Assembly (NCBI GenBank): GCA_964469555.1
Contig: CAYYAQ010000002.1
Coordinates: 1,842-65,841 of the forward strand
Length of the DNA: 64,000 nucleotides
From: an uncultured candidatus Brocadiaceae bacterium
GTDB taxonomy: Bacteria > Planctomycetota > UBA1135 > UBA2386
Direction of reading: 5' to 3'
A program made the translations under genes and the position numbers. The number at the start of each line of letters is the position of its first letter. Position 1 is the first letter of the stretch. Positions 16,028 to 25,771 of this stretch are shown here, one piece after another. The notes under the pieces are model-generated. The model worked only from the letters and a program-made list of their open reading frames with translations. It did not search any database and had not been told where the DNA came from.

Positions 16028-17779
16028 ATGGAGTACGGGGTTATCGGCAATTGCGCCCACAGCGCTTTGGCAGAAGCGGGCCGCATTGTGTGGTTATGTT
16101 GGCCACGCATGGACAGCAGTCCCGTATTCGGATCGCTGCTCGACGAGGAGAAGGGTGGCCGGTTCGAGGTTGAGGCCATCGACCTGCGGGACGTGCAGCA
16201 GGAGTATGTCGAAAATACCAACATCCTCCGCACGGTCTTCACGAGTGACTCGGGGTGTTTCGAGCTCCTGGACTTCGCGCCGCGTTTCAGCAAGCACGGT
16301 CGCCCATTCAAGCCGAGAATGCTCGTGCGCATCCTCCGACCGCTCAAGGGTGAGCCGCTGGTGCGCGTCCGGATCGATCCGACGTACCACTACGGTCGGG
16401 TCGAGATCACGAGGTGGACGGCCAGCAACCACATCGAATTCAACGGCCTGCCAGCGCCGCTCCGACTCACGTCGAACATCCCGCTGACGTACCTGAACGA
16501 GGGTCGGAGTTTCGTCCTGGCGCAGGAGTCCCACCTCGTGCTCACCTACGGCGAACCCCTCCAAGAATCGATCGAGCACACGTCGAATCACTACTACGAA
16601 CGCACGCGTGACTACTGGCGGAGCTGGGTCAAGCGGTCTCGCATTCCGAGGGACTACCAAAAGGAAGTCATTCGCTCGGCGTTGGTGCTGAAGCTGCACC
16701 AGTTCGAGGAGACCGGCGCAATCATCGCGTCAACCACTACGAGCCTGCCCGAGTTTCCAGGGTCTGGACGCTGCTGGGACTACCGGTTTTGCTGGCTGCG
16801 GGACGCGTACTTCTCGTTGAACGCGTTCGAACGACTCGGTCACTTCGACGAGATGGAGTGCTTCCTGATCTACCTGCGCTCCATACTGGATACGCACGGT
16901 GATGATCTCCAACCTCTCTACGGCATCCTCGGCGAAGCCGAGTTGACAGAGGAGATCCTCGATCACCTCGATGGTTTCCGAGGCGAGAAGCCGGTGCGGA
17001 TCAGCAACCAGGCGCACGAACACGTTCAGAACGACGTCTACGGCGAGATGATCCTGGCGATCAGCCGGATGCTCCTGGACTCACGATTCGTCGGGTCCGA
17101 AGGCCTGGACGGCGCGGGCCCGCTCATGGAGCAGCTGCTCGGACAGATCGAGCAGCGGCTGGAAGACCCGGACGCCGGACTGTGGAAGTCGCGCGGTCAG
17201 GTACAGCTGCACACGTTCACATTGCTGACACACTGGGCCGGTGCCAGGCGCGCCGCAGAAGTCGGAACGATCATCGACAGCAGCAAGCTGCGCGACCGGG
17301 CGCACCGCGTGATGAAGCGGGTGCGGAGCATCATCGAGACGCGGTGCTTCGATGACGAGTCAGGCGCTCTGACTCAAGCCGCCGACACCAAGAACCTGGA
17401 CGCGGCGATGCTCCTGGCGCTGCACTTTGGCTTCTGGGAACGCGGCGATCCGGCGGCAGCGCGACACGTCGACGCCATCCGTGACCAGTTGAGCGTCAAC
17501 GGCCTGCTGAAACGCTACAACGTCGAAGACGACTTCGGCGAGCCGGAGGCGGCGTTCACGGTGTGTTCGTTCTGGCTGGTCGAAGCGCTGGCGATCGTCG
17601 GAAAGACAAACGAAGCGCGCCTGCTGTTCGAGAGACTACTCGGTCACGGCAACAAGCTCGGCCTGTTCAGCGAAAACGTCCTTCCGGCGACCGGACAGAT
17701 GTCCGGAAACTTCCCGCAGACATACTCGCACGTCGGCTTGATCAATGCAGCGTTCCGATTGTCGCGGAGTTGGGAGTAG
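16028..17779 (+). CDS. glycoside hydrolase family 15 (glucoamylase/trehalase-like)
   Basis: Start at the ATG giving MEYGVIGNCAHSALAEAGRIVWLCWPRMDSSPVFGSLLD. Contains CWLRDA and an (alpha/alpha)6 catalytic-region pattern. Divergent from otsA-otsB. Confidence 0.9.
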   Translation: MEYGVIGNCAHSALAEAGRIVWLCWPRMDSSPVFGSLLDEEKGGRFEVEAIDLRDVQQEYVENTNILRTVFTSDSGCFELLDFAPRFSKHGRPFKPRMLVRILRPLKGEPLVRVRIDPTYHYGRVEITRWTASNHIEFNGLPAPLRLTSNIPLTYLNEGRSFVLAQESHLVLTYGEPLQESIEHTSNHYYERTRDYWRSWVKRSRIPRDYQKEVIRSALVLKLHQFEETGAIIASTTTSLPEFPGSGRCWDYRFCWLRDAYFSLNAFERLGHFDEMECFLIYLRSILDTHGDDLQPLYGILGEAELTEEILDHLDGFRGEKPVRISNQAHEHVQNDVYGEMILAISRMLLDSRFVGSEGLDGAGPLMEQLLGQIEQRLEDPDAGLWKSRGQVQLHTFTLLTHWAGARRAAEVGTIIDSSKLRDRAHRVMKRVRSIIETRCFDDESGALTQAADTKNLDAAMLLALHFGFWERGDPAAARHVDAIRDQLSVNGLLKRYNVEDDFGEPEAAFTVCSFWLVEALAIVGKTNEARLLFERLLGHGNKLGLFSENVLPATGQMSGNFPQTYSHVGLINAAFRLSRSWE

Positions 17780-17789
17780 CTGGGAGTTC

Positions 17790-20057
17790 CTACTTGCGGA
17801 GTTGAATCGGTCGCGCATCCAACACGAACACGCTTCGACCATGGGTGGCGATGACGATCTCGTGGTCGCGGGGATGGACGACCAGGTCGTGAACGGGAGT
17901 AGTCGGTAGTTTCGCGCAGAGCGAGTGCCATTTCTTGCCCCTGTCGACTGACGTGTAGACCCCGAGATCAGTGCCGACGTACAGGATGTTCTCGGCGCCC
18001 GGGTCCTCGCGCACCACGTTGATCGATTCCGACGGCAGATTGCCGGCGATGGACCGGAACGTCTCACCGAGGTCCTCGGAAACGAACACGTACCTCTCGA
18101 AGTCGTCTTCTCGAAAACCCGTCGCTGAGACATACACCCGACCCTCGACGTACTTGGACGCGACGACGCGGCTGATCCACTTCTTCGGCAGTCCCCCACC
18201 GACCTTCTTCCACGACTTGCCCCCGTCCCGAGTCACGTGGAGGCTGCCGCCTTCGGTGCCGGCGTAGAGCAAACCCTTCTTCGTCGGCGACTCGGAGATC
18301 ATCGTGATCGTCCCGAATGGAACGACGGCGCGTTCGCCTTCCCCGGCGTCGGAGAGGTCCGGGCTGATCGCAGTCCATGCGTCACCGCGATTGGCAGACA
18401 TCAACATCTTGTTGCCGCCGGCGTAGAGCGTCCGTGGATCGTGATGCGAGATGACGAAAGGCGTGTACCACCCGAACCGCCATCTGCCCTCATTACGCTT
18501 CGGGCGTGGACGGACGGACTTCGCCTTGCCGGTCAGCACCGGGCCGGTGATATCCATGCGTCGCATCGACCCGTGCTGGTGTTCGTAGTACACGATGTTC
18601 TCCTCGGTCGGATCCTTCAACGTGACGAACCCATCGCCGCCGGTCCACTGGTCGAGGAACACGTGGCGCCAAGGATCGTTCTCGAAGGGCTTGATGCTCG
18701 CGTTGCTCGGTCCGTAGAGCGACCCGTTATCCTGCGTACCACCGTAGATGCGGTAGGGCTTTGCGTTGTCTACGGACACGAAGTAGAACTCACCAATCGG
18801 CAGGTTGTTGATGTGCAACCACGTGTTCCCGCGATCGTGCGAAGTGAACAGCCCACCGTCGTTGCCGAGGATCAGCCGGCCCGAATCGCGGGGATCGATC
18901 CACAGGTCGTGGTGGTCGAGGTGCATGACCTTGCCCTCGGTGTCGTGCACTCGGAGGATCTTCTCGCCGATGCGGGCGAACGTCTTGCCCCCATCTTCGG
19001 AGTGGTACATCCGATTGCCGAGGATGAACACATCGTTCGGGTCGTCCGGTGACACGCGCACGTCGCAGAACTTCCATCCGTAGATCGTGAACACCGGGTA
19101 GAGGTCGCCCTCGTTCACCTTCCGCCATGCGCCGCCCTTGTCTTCCGAACGGTACAGCTCCGCCCCGACAATGCTGCGCCGGCGACCGCGCTTGGACGCC
19201 GCGTGGTTGTCGACGAACGCGTAGACGATGTTCGGTTGGCTCTGCGACACCGCGATCCCCGCCCGACCCGTGGATCCCTTGGGCAAACCCTTCGTCATCC
19301 GCTTCCACGTCTCGCCAGCGTCCACAGTCTTGTAGAGCCCGCTCTCTTCGCCCTGCGTCGGCTGCCAGGCCGCGGCGTACAGGATGTCGCTGTCGGAAGG
19401 ATCCATCACGAGATCGACGACGCCCGTCCGATCACTGATGTAGAGGACCTTCTTCCAGCTCTTGCCGCCGTCCGAGGTCCGGAAGACACCGCGCTCCTCG
19501 TTGCGCGACCAGAAGTGACCGATCGCGGCGACGTACACGACGTCCGGATTCTTCGGATGGATGACGACCGTGCCGATGTGATGCGTGTCCCACAGGCCCA
19601 TGTTCTTCCACGTTTCTCCGCCGTCGATCGAACGGAACACGCCGGTTCCCGCGAACGAATAGCCGCTGTGCCTCGGCTGTGTCTCACCGGTTCCCACCCA
19701 CACGATGTCCGGATTCGACCGGGAGATGGCGATATCGCCGATCGTGAACGTCGACTCGTGCTCGAAGATGGGCTGCCAGCTCATCCCGTTGTTCGTCGTC
19801 TTCCACAGGTTGCCCGAACCCGGACCGACGTAGATCGTGTGTGGTCGCGTCGGGTGCACGGCGATCGACTCGATGCGCCCGCCCTGCAACCGTGGGCCGA
19901 CGGCGCGCCAGCGAAGATCCTTGAACAGGGACTCCTTCGCCATGCGCGCGTGCTGCTCCCAGGACTTCATGCGCGTCGCAGGACTGGTAGCACTATCCCC
20001 AACCTGCGCGAGGAGCGGACCGGACACGAGCGCGAACGAAAGGAACAGCGATCTCAT
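17790..20057 (-). CDS. secreted BNR/Asp-box repeat protein (sortilin/VPS10-like beta-propeller)
   Basis: Start at MRSLFLSFALVSGPLLAQ. More than 10 Asp-box motifs (SxDxGxxW: SIDGGETW, TSDGGKSW, TVDAGETW, SEDGGKTF, TRDGGKSW and others). Confidence 0.85.
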   Translation of the reverse strand: MRSLFLSFALVSGPLLAQVGDSATSPATRMKSWEQHARMAKESLFKDLRWRAVGPRLQGGRIESIAVHPTRPHTIYVGPGSGNLWKTTNNGMSWQPIFEHESTFTIGDIAISRSNPDIVWVGTGETQPRHSGYSFAGTGVFRSIDGGETWKNMGLWDTHHIGTVVIHPKNPDVVYVAAIGHFWSRNEERGVFRTSDGGKSWKKVLYISDRTGVVDLVMDPSDSDILYAAAWQPTQGEESGLYKTVDAGETWKRMTKGLPKGSTGRAGIAVSQSQPNIVYAFVDNHAASKRGRRRSIVGAELYRSEDKGGAWRKVNEGDLYPVFTIYGWKFCDVRVSPDDPNDVFILGNRMYHSEDGGKTFARIGEKILRVHDTEGKVMHLDHHDLWIDPRDSGRLILGNDGGLFTSHDRGNTWLHINNLPIGEFYFVSVDNAKPYRIYGGTQDNGSLYGPSNASIKPFENDPWRHVFLDQWTGGDGFVTLKDPTEENIVYYEHQHGSMRRMDITGPVLTGKAKSVRPRPKRNEGRWRFGWYTPFVISHHDPRTLYAGGNKMLMSANRGDAWTAISPDLSDAGEGERAVVPFGTITMISESPTKKGLLYAGTEGGSLHVTRDGGKSWKKVGGGLPKKWISRVVASKYVEGRVYVSATGFREDDFERYVFVSEDLGETFRSIAGNLPSESINVVREDPGAENILYVGTDLGVYTSVDRGKKWHSLCAKLPTTPVHDLVVHPRDHEIVIATHGRSVFVLDARPIQLRK

Positions 20058-20105
20058 GACGCCGATGACAGGTCCAACACCGAGAGAAGTCAATCCGCCG
20101 CCTTT

Positions 20106-20489
20106 CTATACTGTGCCTTCACCTATCGGAAGAATCCCACTAGTCGTCGTCCATCGTGATGCGTCGACGGGCTGGCCGTCGTAGTGCGCGTAGAAGATCA
20201 GCGTCCGCATCGCGCCCTCGCGCTTGATCTCACCGAACACGGCGGGAAATGCTCCGCGCACTCTCAGCAGCTGCATCTTCACGCCACGCTTTCCGAACGC
20301 CTTCACGATCCACTCCGCGTTGCGCACGATGTTCTTGCGATCCCGAGAGACGTTCGGAATCGAAAGCAGTTCGACGAACTCGTCGACGATCGCTCTCTCG
20401 TGCTGTTCGCGCCACACGCGGACGGCAGCCGCTGGCTCGACGTCGACCTGAGGAAGAAGCACGAGCAACGATAGAAGAACTGTGGTCAT
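20106..20489 (-). pseudogene. N-terminal fragment of an M20-family peptidase/dipeptidase
   Basis: 127 aa versus about 450 expected. ELLSIPNVS...NAEWIVKAFGKRGVKMQLL...TLIFYAHYDGQPVD is the M20 N-terminal pattern. It then runs into unrelated sequence and a stop 49 nt upstream of the BNR gene start. Confidence 0.6.
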
Positions 20490-20574
20490 GGTGGATCCGT
20501 AGTTGTCCGCATCCTACCTCGCCGGAATCGATAAACCGGACCGACTCCCCGTCGTTTCGAGTAACGTTCGCACC

Positions 20575-21681
20575 ATGCCTCCCTTCGCGATAGCACTGAT
20601 CGTCCTGGCCCAGATGCCCACGCCCACGGCGCAGGATCCGGACCGCGAACGACGCGAGGAGCGACGGGTACAGAAGCTCCTGACGGAACTGGAGAGTGGA
20701 GACCCGCCGCGCATCGCTCGGGGCGCGTTCGACGCCGGCGAAAATGGTCTGAAGAAAACCATCCCGGGACTTCGCAAGGCGCTGCGGGAACTCGCCAAGA
20801 TGGACGACAACACGGCATTGCAGCCCCGCGCAGCGGTGCTCGACGCGCTGGTTCGGCTCGGCGGGAAGGCGCGGCCGAAAGACCTCGATCAGTGTCTGGG
20901 GAAGTACGTGCTGCCCACGACGATGATCCTGATGTCAGGCGCGCCCGAGGAATACGAGGATCAACTCACCGAGGTGTTCAAGAACAACGCGGACCACCGC
21001 ACGCAGTTCTGCTGGTTGGCCGCCGGCAACATGCTGGCGAAAATGCGATCGAAGAAGTTCGTTCGGCTGCTACTCAACCGGATGCGAGTGGTCGTGAACA
21101 TCAAGGTGATTCGCCCAGGCGACGACCTGACGGTCCGGGTCCGGACTCTCATCGGACTCGGTGGGAGCGCCGGCAGCACCCGGTACTTCTATCTGAACAA
21201 GTTCCCGCCCTTCGGCCTCTACGAGCTGGGCAGCACGCAGAAGAAGGGAGACCTGTCCATCACGAAGGGCTCCGTGCCGATCTTCGGACGGCGCCTTCTC
21301 CCGAATCAGCGCAACAAGATTCGGCTACGCAGTTCTTTTCGGCACATCGACTTCACGGGCCGCAATCTCGAGTGGCTCGCGAATCTCCTTCGAACCGAAG
21401 TGAAGAAGCTGCCGATGAGCGCGGACGTCGACGACACGATCTTCTACTCGGACAACAAGAGCTACGCCCGCGACATCGGGCGCATTCGCGACAAGGTGCG
21501 TGGCTCCCACCGGGCGCTCGCGAATCGCCTCCGCGTCGCCGGTCTGCTGACAGCGAACGCGAAAATTCGCGCTTCCGTCGACATCAGGATCTTTGTCCAC
21601 GATCGCCGACCGAGTGACAAGCCTCCGTTGCCGGAGATCGAGTCCGTCGAGATCCACGGCCAGACACGGAAGAAGAAGTAG
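20575..21681 (+). CDS. secreted hypothetical protein
   Basis: Start at MPPFAIALIVLAQMPTPTAQ (signal-like). Coding-like composition over about 368 aa. No domain recognised. Confidence 0.6.
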   Translation: MPPFAIALIVLAQMPTPTAQDPDRERREERRVQKLLTELESGDPPRIARGAFDAGENGLKKTIPGLRKALRELAKMDDNTALQPRAAVLDALVRLGGKARPKDLDQCLGKYVLPTTMILMSGAPEEYEDQLTEVFKNNADHRTQFCWLAAGNMLAKMRSKKFVRLLLNRMRVVVNIKVIRPGDDLTVRVRTLIGLGGSAGSTRYFYLNKFPPFGLYELGSTQKKGDLSITKGSVPIFGRRLLPNQRNKIRLRSSFRHIDFTGRNLEWLANLLRTEVKKLPMSADVDDTIFYSDNKSYARDIGRIRDKVRGSHRALANRLRVAGLLTANAKIRASVDIRIFVHDRRPSDKPPLPEIESVEIHGQTRKKK

Positions 21682-21883
21682 CGCTCGGGGCTCCCCTCGG
21701 GCGTCCTCCTTGGCCCGGAGTAGCGCCGGGGTGAATAGCCCTGGATGGTCCAAGCCAGTCCAGCGTCGCGCGGACCTGAGGACGCCGGTGAGTCACCCCT
21801 CAGGAACGCAAACCCCTTGCCAACGAACCCCGGGACACCGCCGCAGTGGAGCCGAGTTGCGGTTCTGGCGATGGCTATAGTGA

Positions 21884-22612
21884 ATGGTTCGGGCTAGTAT
21901 TGCACTCCACCGCATGAAGCTCTCCCCGCTAATCCAAGGATGGCTCGTTGGTCCCCTGGCCCTCTTCTTGAGGATGCTCAGCAAGACTTGGCGGGTGCGA
22001 GAGCAGGGGTTCCCTTGTCCGACCCCCGAGAGCCAGTGCATCGATGCGATCTACCACGGGGACATCCTGTACTTCCTGTCGATCTACCGCGACACGAACT
22101 GCGCGACGATGGTCAGCGAGCACCGCGACGGCGAGATGATCGCGGGCGTCGTCGAGAAGTTCGGCGGCCACGTCACCCGCGGCTCATCGACGCGCGGGGG
22201 GGCACGGGCCTACCTCGAGATGCTCAAGAGCCACAAGGACAAGGGTATGGTCGTAACGCCAGACGGCCCCCGCGGACCAAGAGGCGTCGTGCAGGAAGGC
22301 ATCATCAAGATGGCTTCCGATTCCGGACGCTCCATTCGACCACACGGCTACGCGGCCCAAACGGTCAAGCAGTTCAAGTCGTGGGACGAGTTCAAAATGC
22401 CGTACCCGTTCACACGAGTCGTCGATTTCGTCGGAGACCCGCTGCACGTGCCGCCGCGCATCGACCGCGCCACGCGCCAGGAGCTCGCGAGGGAACTCGA
22501 ACTTCGGCTCGAGGAGGCCAAGCGGCAGGCGGAGATCACCCTGGCTCGGTGGATTCGCCGACCGGTCGCCGAACTGGGCGCCGAGGATCACGACGCCCGA
22601 CCCAGCACCTGA
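21884..22612 (+). CDS. DUF374 lysophospholipid-acyltransferase-like protein
   Basis: Contains SEHRDGEMIAGVVEKFGGHVTRGSSTRGGARA and VVTPDGPRGPRG, the DUF374 signature as I recall it. The start may instead be ATG 21914. Confidence 0.75.
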   Translation: MVRASIALHRMKLSPLIQGWLVGPLALFLRMLSKTWRVREQGFPCPTPESQCIDAIYHGDILYFLSIYRDTNCATMVSEHRDGEMIAGVVEKFGGHVTRGSSTRGGARAYLEMLKSHKDKGMVVTPDGPRGPRGVVQEGIIKMASDSGRSIRPHGYAAQTVKQFKSWDEFKMPYPFTRVVDFVGDPLHVPPRIDRATRQELARELELRLEEAKRQAEITLARWIRRPVAELGAEDHDARPST

Positions 22613-22727
22613 CACGCCGCCGGGGTTATCAGTTTGTGTTGTGGCTCACCGCGCCGCCCAAAGCTACGATTAATGCTCCTTACAGCTGCCCCTCTCTCCA
22701 CTAGAACTGAATACGAGGAACTCAACG

Positions 22728-23009
22728 GTGACATCAGCAAGTGCACGACACATCTTGGTCAAGACAAAAGACGCGTGTGAAGATCTGAAGGTTCAGATCG
22801 AAGGAGGCGCAGAATTCGTCGATCTGGCGAAAAACCACTCGGACTGCCCCTCCGGGGCGACGGGCGGAGACCTGGGTGAGTTCTCGCCGGGCCAGATGGT
22901 TCTTGAATTCGACGAGGTCGTGTTCAAGGCCGAAGTCGGCAAGGTGCACGGCCCGGTCCAGACCCAGTTCGGATTTCACCTGATCGAGATCACGAGCCGA
23001 ACGGACTAG
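22728..23009 (+). CDS. ppiC: parvulin-type peptidyl-prolyl cis-trans isomerase
   Basis: 93 aa. ARHILVKT...CPSGATGGDLGEFSPGQMVLEFDEVVF...VQTQFGFHLIEI matches PpiC. GTG start. Confidence 0.85.
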   Translation: MTSASARHILVKTKDACEDLKVQIEGGAEFVDLAKNHSDCPSGATGGDLGEFSPGQMVLEFDEVVFKAEVGKVHGPVQTQFGFHLIEITSRTD

Positions 23010-23419
23010 CTTTCGACACGCCGGCGGCTGCCGCGGAACACGAACACACCCAGCACCACGACAGCCGCGTCGACCAGGAACGCGATCATCGGCGAAGAAC
23101 CGCCGAGGCCGCCAAAACACTGGCAGTCGATCAGCAGTGCGCGCGACATCGCGGTACCGTTGGCTGCGGCGAAGACGAGGCCGAGCAGGACAGCCCACGA
23201 GGCCGCCGCGCGACGGTGCCAACCGGTGAGCAACGCCGCGCCGACGACGAGCTCGATCGTGGGAAGCAAGGCGCCGACCAAGACGGTCGTCCAGGCTGGG
23301 AGAATGTCGTAGGCAGCCGTGGCCATCACCGGCATGCGCGCATCGACCGATTTCAGGGCGCCGCTCGCGAGGAACACGCAACCGAGCACCACGCAGGAGA
23401 TGTCTCCGATCACCCTCAC
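23006..23419 (-). CDS. MauE/DoxX-like membrane protein
   Basis: GTG start at 23419 overlapping the upstream stop. VIGDISCVVLGCVFLASGALKSVD...AAYDILP...LLPTIELVVGAALL matches the MauE pattern. Upstream ORF sequence is non-coding-like. Confidence 0.6.
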   Translation of the reverse strand: MRVIGDISCVVLGCVFLASGALKSVDARMPVMATAAYDILPAWTTVLVGALLPTIELVVGAALLTGWHRRAAASWAVLLGLVFAAANGTAMSRALLIDCQCFGGLGGSSPMIAFLVDAAVVVLGVFVFRGSRRRVES

Positions 23420-23829
23420 GGTCTGTTCCCCCACACGACGAAACCAGCGTCTCGCACACCCAGCGTCTCGCACACCGCGCGCGCGACCTTCAGGCCGGCG
23501 TCGCGATCGTCGGGAGACACGAGGAACATGAGATGCTTGGCCGTCGCTCTCTGCCTGAAGCGTTCGAGAATCGCCATCGACTGCGGCATCGGCAACTGCC
23601 ACGCCAGCTGGCCACCGACTATGGGCAGTGCCTGCGTGCGGCGCAGATCCACGGGTTGGAACTCCGCCTTCTCGATCGAGCGGAGCGCGGATTCCCGCGA
23701 ATACGCCACGACGACGGGTCGCCGTTCGACCTTCGCCGCCAACTCGCCCGGCGCCGTGAGGACGACATCCCACAGAATCAGGTGGCGCAGCAAGGCGACG
23801 ACGAGGGCGAGACCGAGAAGCCGGATCAC
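23416..23829 (-). CDS. membrane-anchored protein of unknown function
   Basis: GTG at 23829 overlaps the upstream stop (GTGA). N-terminal TM helix (VIRLLGLALVVALLRHLILW) followed by a roughly 110-aa soluble domain. No motif recognised. Confidence 0.5.
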   Translation of the reverse strand: MIRLLGLALVVALLRHLILWDVVLTAPGELAAKVERRPVVVAYSRESALRSIEKAEFQPVDLRRTQALPIVGGQLAWQLPMPQSMAILERFRQRATAKHLMFLVSPDDRDAGLKVARAVCETLGVRDAGFVVWGNRP

Positions 23830-24296
23830 TTGACCTCCGCCTCGATCATCAGGATGTAGGGCGCGTCGGGGATCACGTCGGTAAAGATCTTCGCGAGCTC
23901 CCACATCGATCCAGACATGGTGTCCGTCGTATCGAGATGCAGGACGATCTTGTCGGTTCCGCCCGCTGGAGTCGCCTTCGAGGGGAGCGAGACGCGAACG
24001 CAACCACACGACGAGGTCGCCCTCGAGATCTTCACTGGCTGGTCCGAGCGGTTCTCGAATGTGAATTCAACCGTCGTCGCGCCACGGGACAGCACGCCCA
24101 GCTGTCGGTGGATGGTCTCGAACTGCAGGTGGCTCGGGCTCTTCATCTCCCAAAAGACCCCGCGCTGGAGCGCTTGCAGCGAGCGACGCACGGACTCCGG
24201 GCCGTACTTCGCAAGCAATGGGGGGACGATGGCCAGCAGTCCGGTGACCAGAACCGTGGGGATCAGTGAGCGGGGCTTGTCATCTCCCTTCATCAC
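23826..24296 (-). CDS. DUF1573 domain protein with N-terminal membrane anchor
   Basis: Contains FTFENRSDQPVKISRATSSCGCV...KIVLHLD, the DUF1573 signature (FxFxN...SCGC). Confidence 0.7.
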   Translation of the reverse strand: MMKGDDKPRSLIPTVLVTGLLAIVPPLLAKYGPESVRRSLQALQRGVFWEMKSPSHLQFETIHRQLGVLSRGATTVEFTFENRSDQPVKISRATSSCGCVRVSLPSKATPAGGTDKIVLHLDTTDTMSGSMWELAKIFTDVIPDAPYILMIEAEVK

Positions 24297-24306
24297 CGCC
24301 TCCGCA

Positions 24307-24690
24307 TCAGAAATACATCACGTGGTCCGCATTCAGAGACAGATCGATGATGCTCGTCGCACCCAGGATCTCCACGTCGTCGATCACGTCATCGAGCGTC
24401 ATGTCGAAGAGCAGCAGACTCTGCTGACACACGCGGAGCTTGACCTCGGACTCGATGGTCTGCTCGAGCATCGTCTTCAGAGTCACGTCGCTGGTGGGGT
24501 CCAGCTGCACTTTCTCTGCCGCGCCCTTCCTCAGTTGGTTGGTGCCGTCCATCGTGAACCAGACCATCACTTCCATCTCCATCGCCGCCGCCGCCATCGC
24601 GTAGAACAACGGGGAATACGTGCGGTTCGGCGTCTCCACGCCATGGGTTTGGATAACGAGGATCTTCTTGCCTTCGGGGTCTTCGGTCAT
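24307..24690 (-). CDS. DsrE/DsrF-like sulfur-relay family protein
   Basis: Start at the ATG giving MTEDPEGKKILVIQTHGVETPNRTYSPLFYAMAAAAMEMEVMVWFTMDG, with conserved Cys context KLRVCQQS. Its start lies 1 nt after the upstream stop. Confidence 0.7.
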   Translation of the reverse strand: MTEDPEGKKILVIQTHGVETPNRTYSPLFYAMAAAAMEMEVMVWFTMDGTNQLRKGAAEKVQLDPTSDVTLKTMLEQTIESEVKLRVCQQSLLLFDMTLDDVIDDVEILGATSIIDLSLNADHVMYF

Positions 24691-24691
24691 T

Positions 24692-25756
24692 TCAGCTTCC
24701 TTGAGGTTGTCTCCGGAGTTCGAGGATCGCGTCCACCCACTCTTCAATCAACAAATTGGCGACCAACGAATCGGTCGGCGGCGCGCATTCTTCGTGGTAT
24801 TGCCGCACCGCGTGACGCACGGACTCGGGCGACAATTTCACGCCCCGCAGCGCTGCGGCCAGTCCGTCGGCCCGTGTGTCGTCTCGCGTGAGCGCGACGT
24901 CTTCGATGAGGCCGCCCCGCATCGTCGCCGTGATGCTCATGAATTCCTGGGTCGATTCGACGACGTGCACATCCTCGTGAATCTTCACCCCTCGCCAACG
25001 CAGGCCGCCGGGTTGGCGCACGAACTCTGCCGAGAGGAACCGTTTGTCCGCCGCCTCGATGCTCGCAACTTCCCTCGCGGTCAAATCACCGGGATCGGCG
25101 CGGCGACCGAGCGCCGCTCCGCACTTGGCCCGATAGACCGCCGCGACCTCCGAAGCGGGTGGAACCGGAACACCCTCGTTGCGCATCGAGGTCATGTATC
25201 GACGCAGGCTCATGCCCACTTGCTCGCGAAACATCGGTGACGGGGCACGCAGCACATTCGCCATCACGTCGGTATCGAAGTCGAAGATGAAGTTCCCGAC
25301 GAGGACTTCCGCGTTGCCAATGCGAGCAGCGCCGGTGCCCGCGATCTTTCGACCATCGACGTGCACGTCGTTGACCGGTCGAAACTCCGCGTCGATTCCG
25401 AACTCGCGGTAGGTCTCGACGATCGGACGAGCGAAGAGTTCGAAACGCTGTTCGACGCGGGCGGGAAGAGAATCGTTCGCCATTATCCACTGCACGAAGA
25501 GTTGGTCGGAGTCGAGGAACACCGCGCCCCCACCCGTCTCACGCCGCAGGATCGGAAGCCCTCGACGCTCGCAGAACTCGACGTCGAGTTCCCGTTCGAC
25601 GTCTTGGTGAAACCCGACGCACACGTACGGATCACCGGGCGTCGCGATGACGATGGTGTCGGGTGTGCCCGCGGTTCGCGCGTAGGCGAGGCCGTGGTAG
25701 ATCGTCTGCGAGCGAAGGTGTGGGACCGTTCCCGCCTCGTGGATGCGAATGTTCAT
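24692..25756 (-). CDS. lipoate-protein ligase family protein (LplA-like with fused accessory domain), copy 1
   Basis: 354 aa. BPL/LPL catalytic pattern (RRETGGGAVFLD, VDGRKIAGTGAA) plus a C-terminal roughly 100-aa domain. Confidence 0.8.
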   Translation of the reverse strand: MNIRIHEAGTVPHLRSQTIYHGLAYARTAGTPDTIVIATPGDPYVCVGFHQDVERELDVEFCERRGLPILRRETGGGAVFLDSDQLFVQWIMANDSLPARVEQRFELFARPIVETYREFGIDAEFRPVNDVHVDGRKIAGTGAARIGNAEVLVGNFIFDFDTDVMANVLRAPSPMFREQVGMSLRRYMTSMRNEGVPVPPASEVAAVYRAKCGAALGRRADPGDLTAREVASIEAADKRFLSAEFVRQPGGLRWRGVKIHEDVHVVESTQEFMSITATMRGGLIEDVALTRDDTRADGLAAALRGVKLSPESVRHAVRQYHEECAPPTDSLVANLLIEEWVDAILELRRQPQGS

Positions 25757-25771
25757 CTCGGCGCTGGCCCG

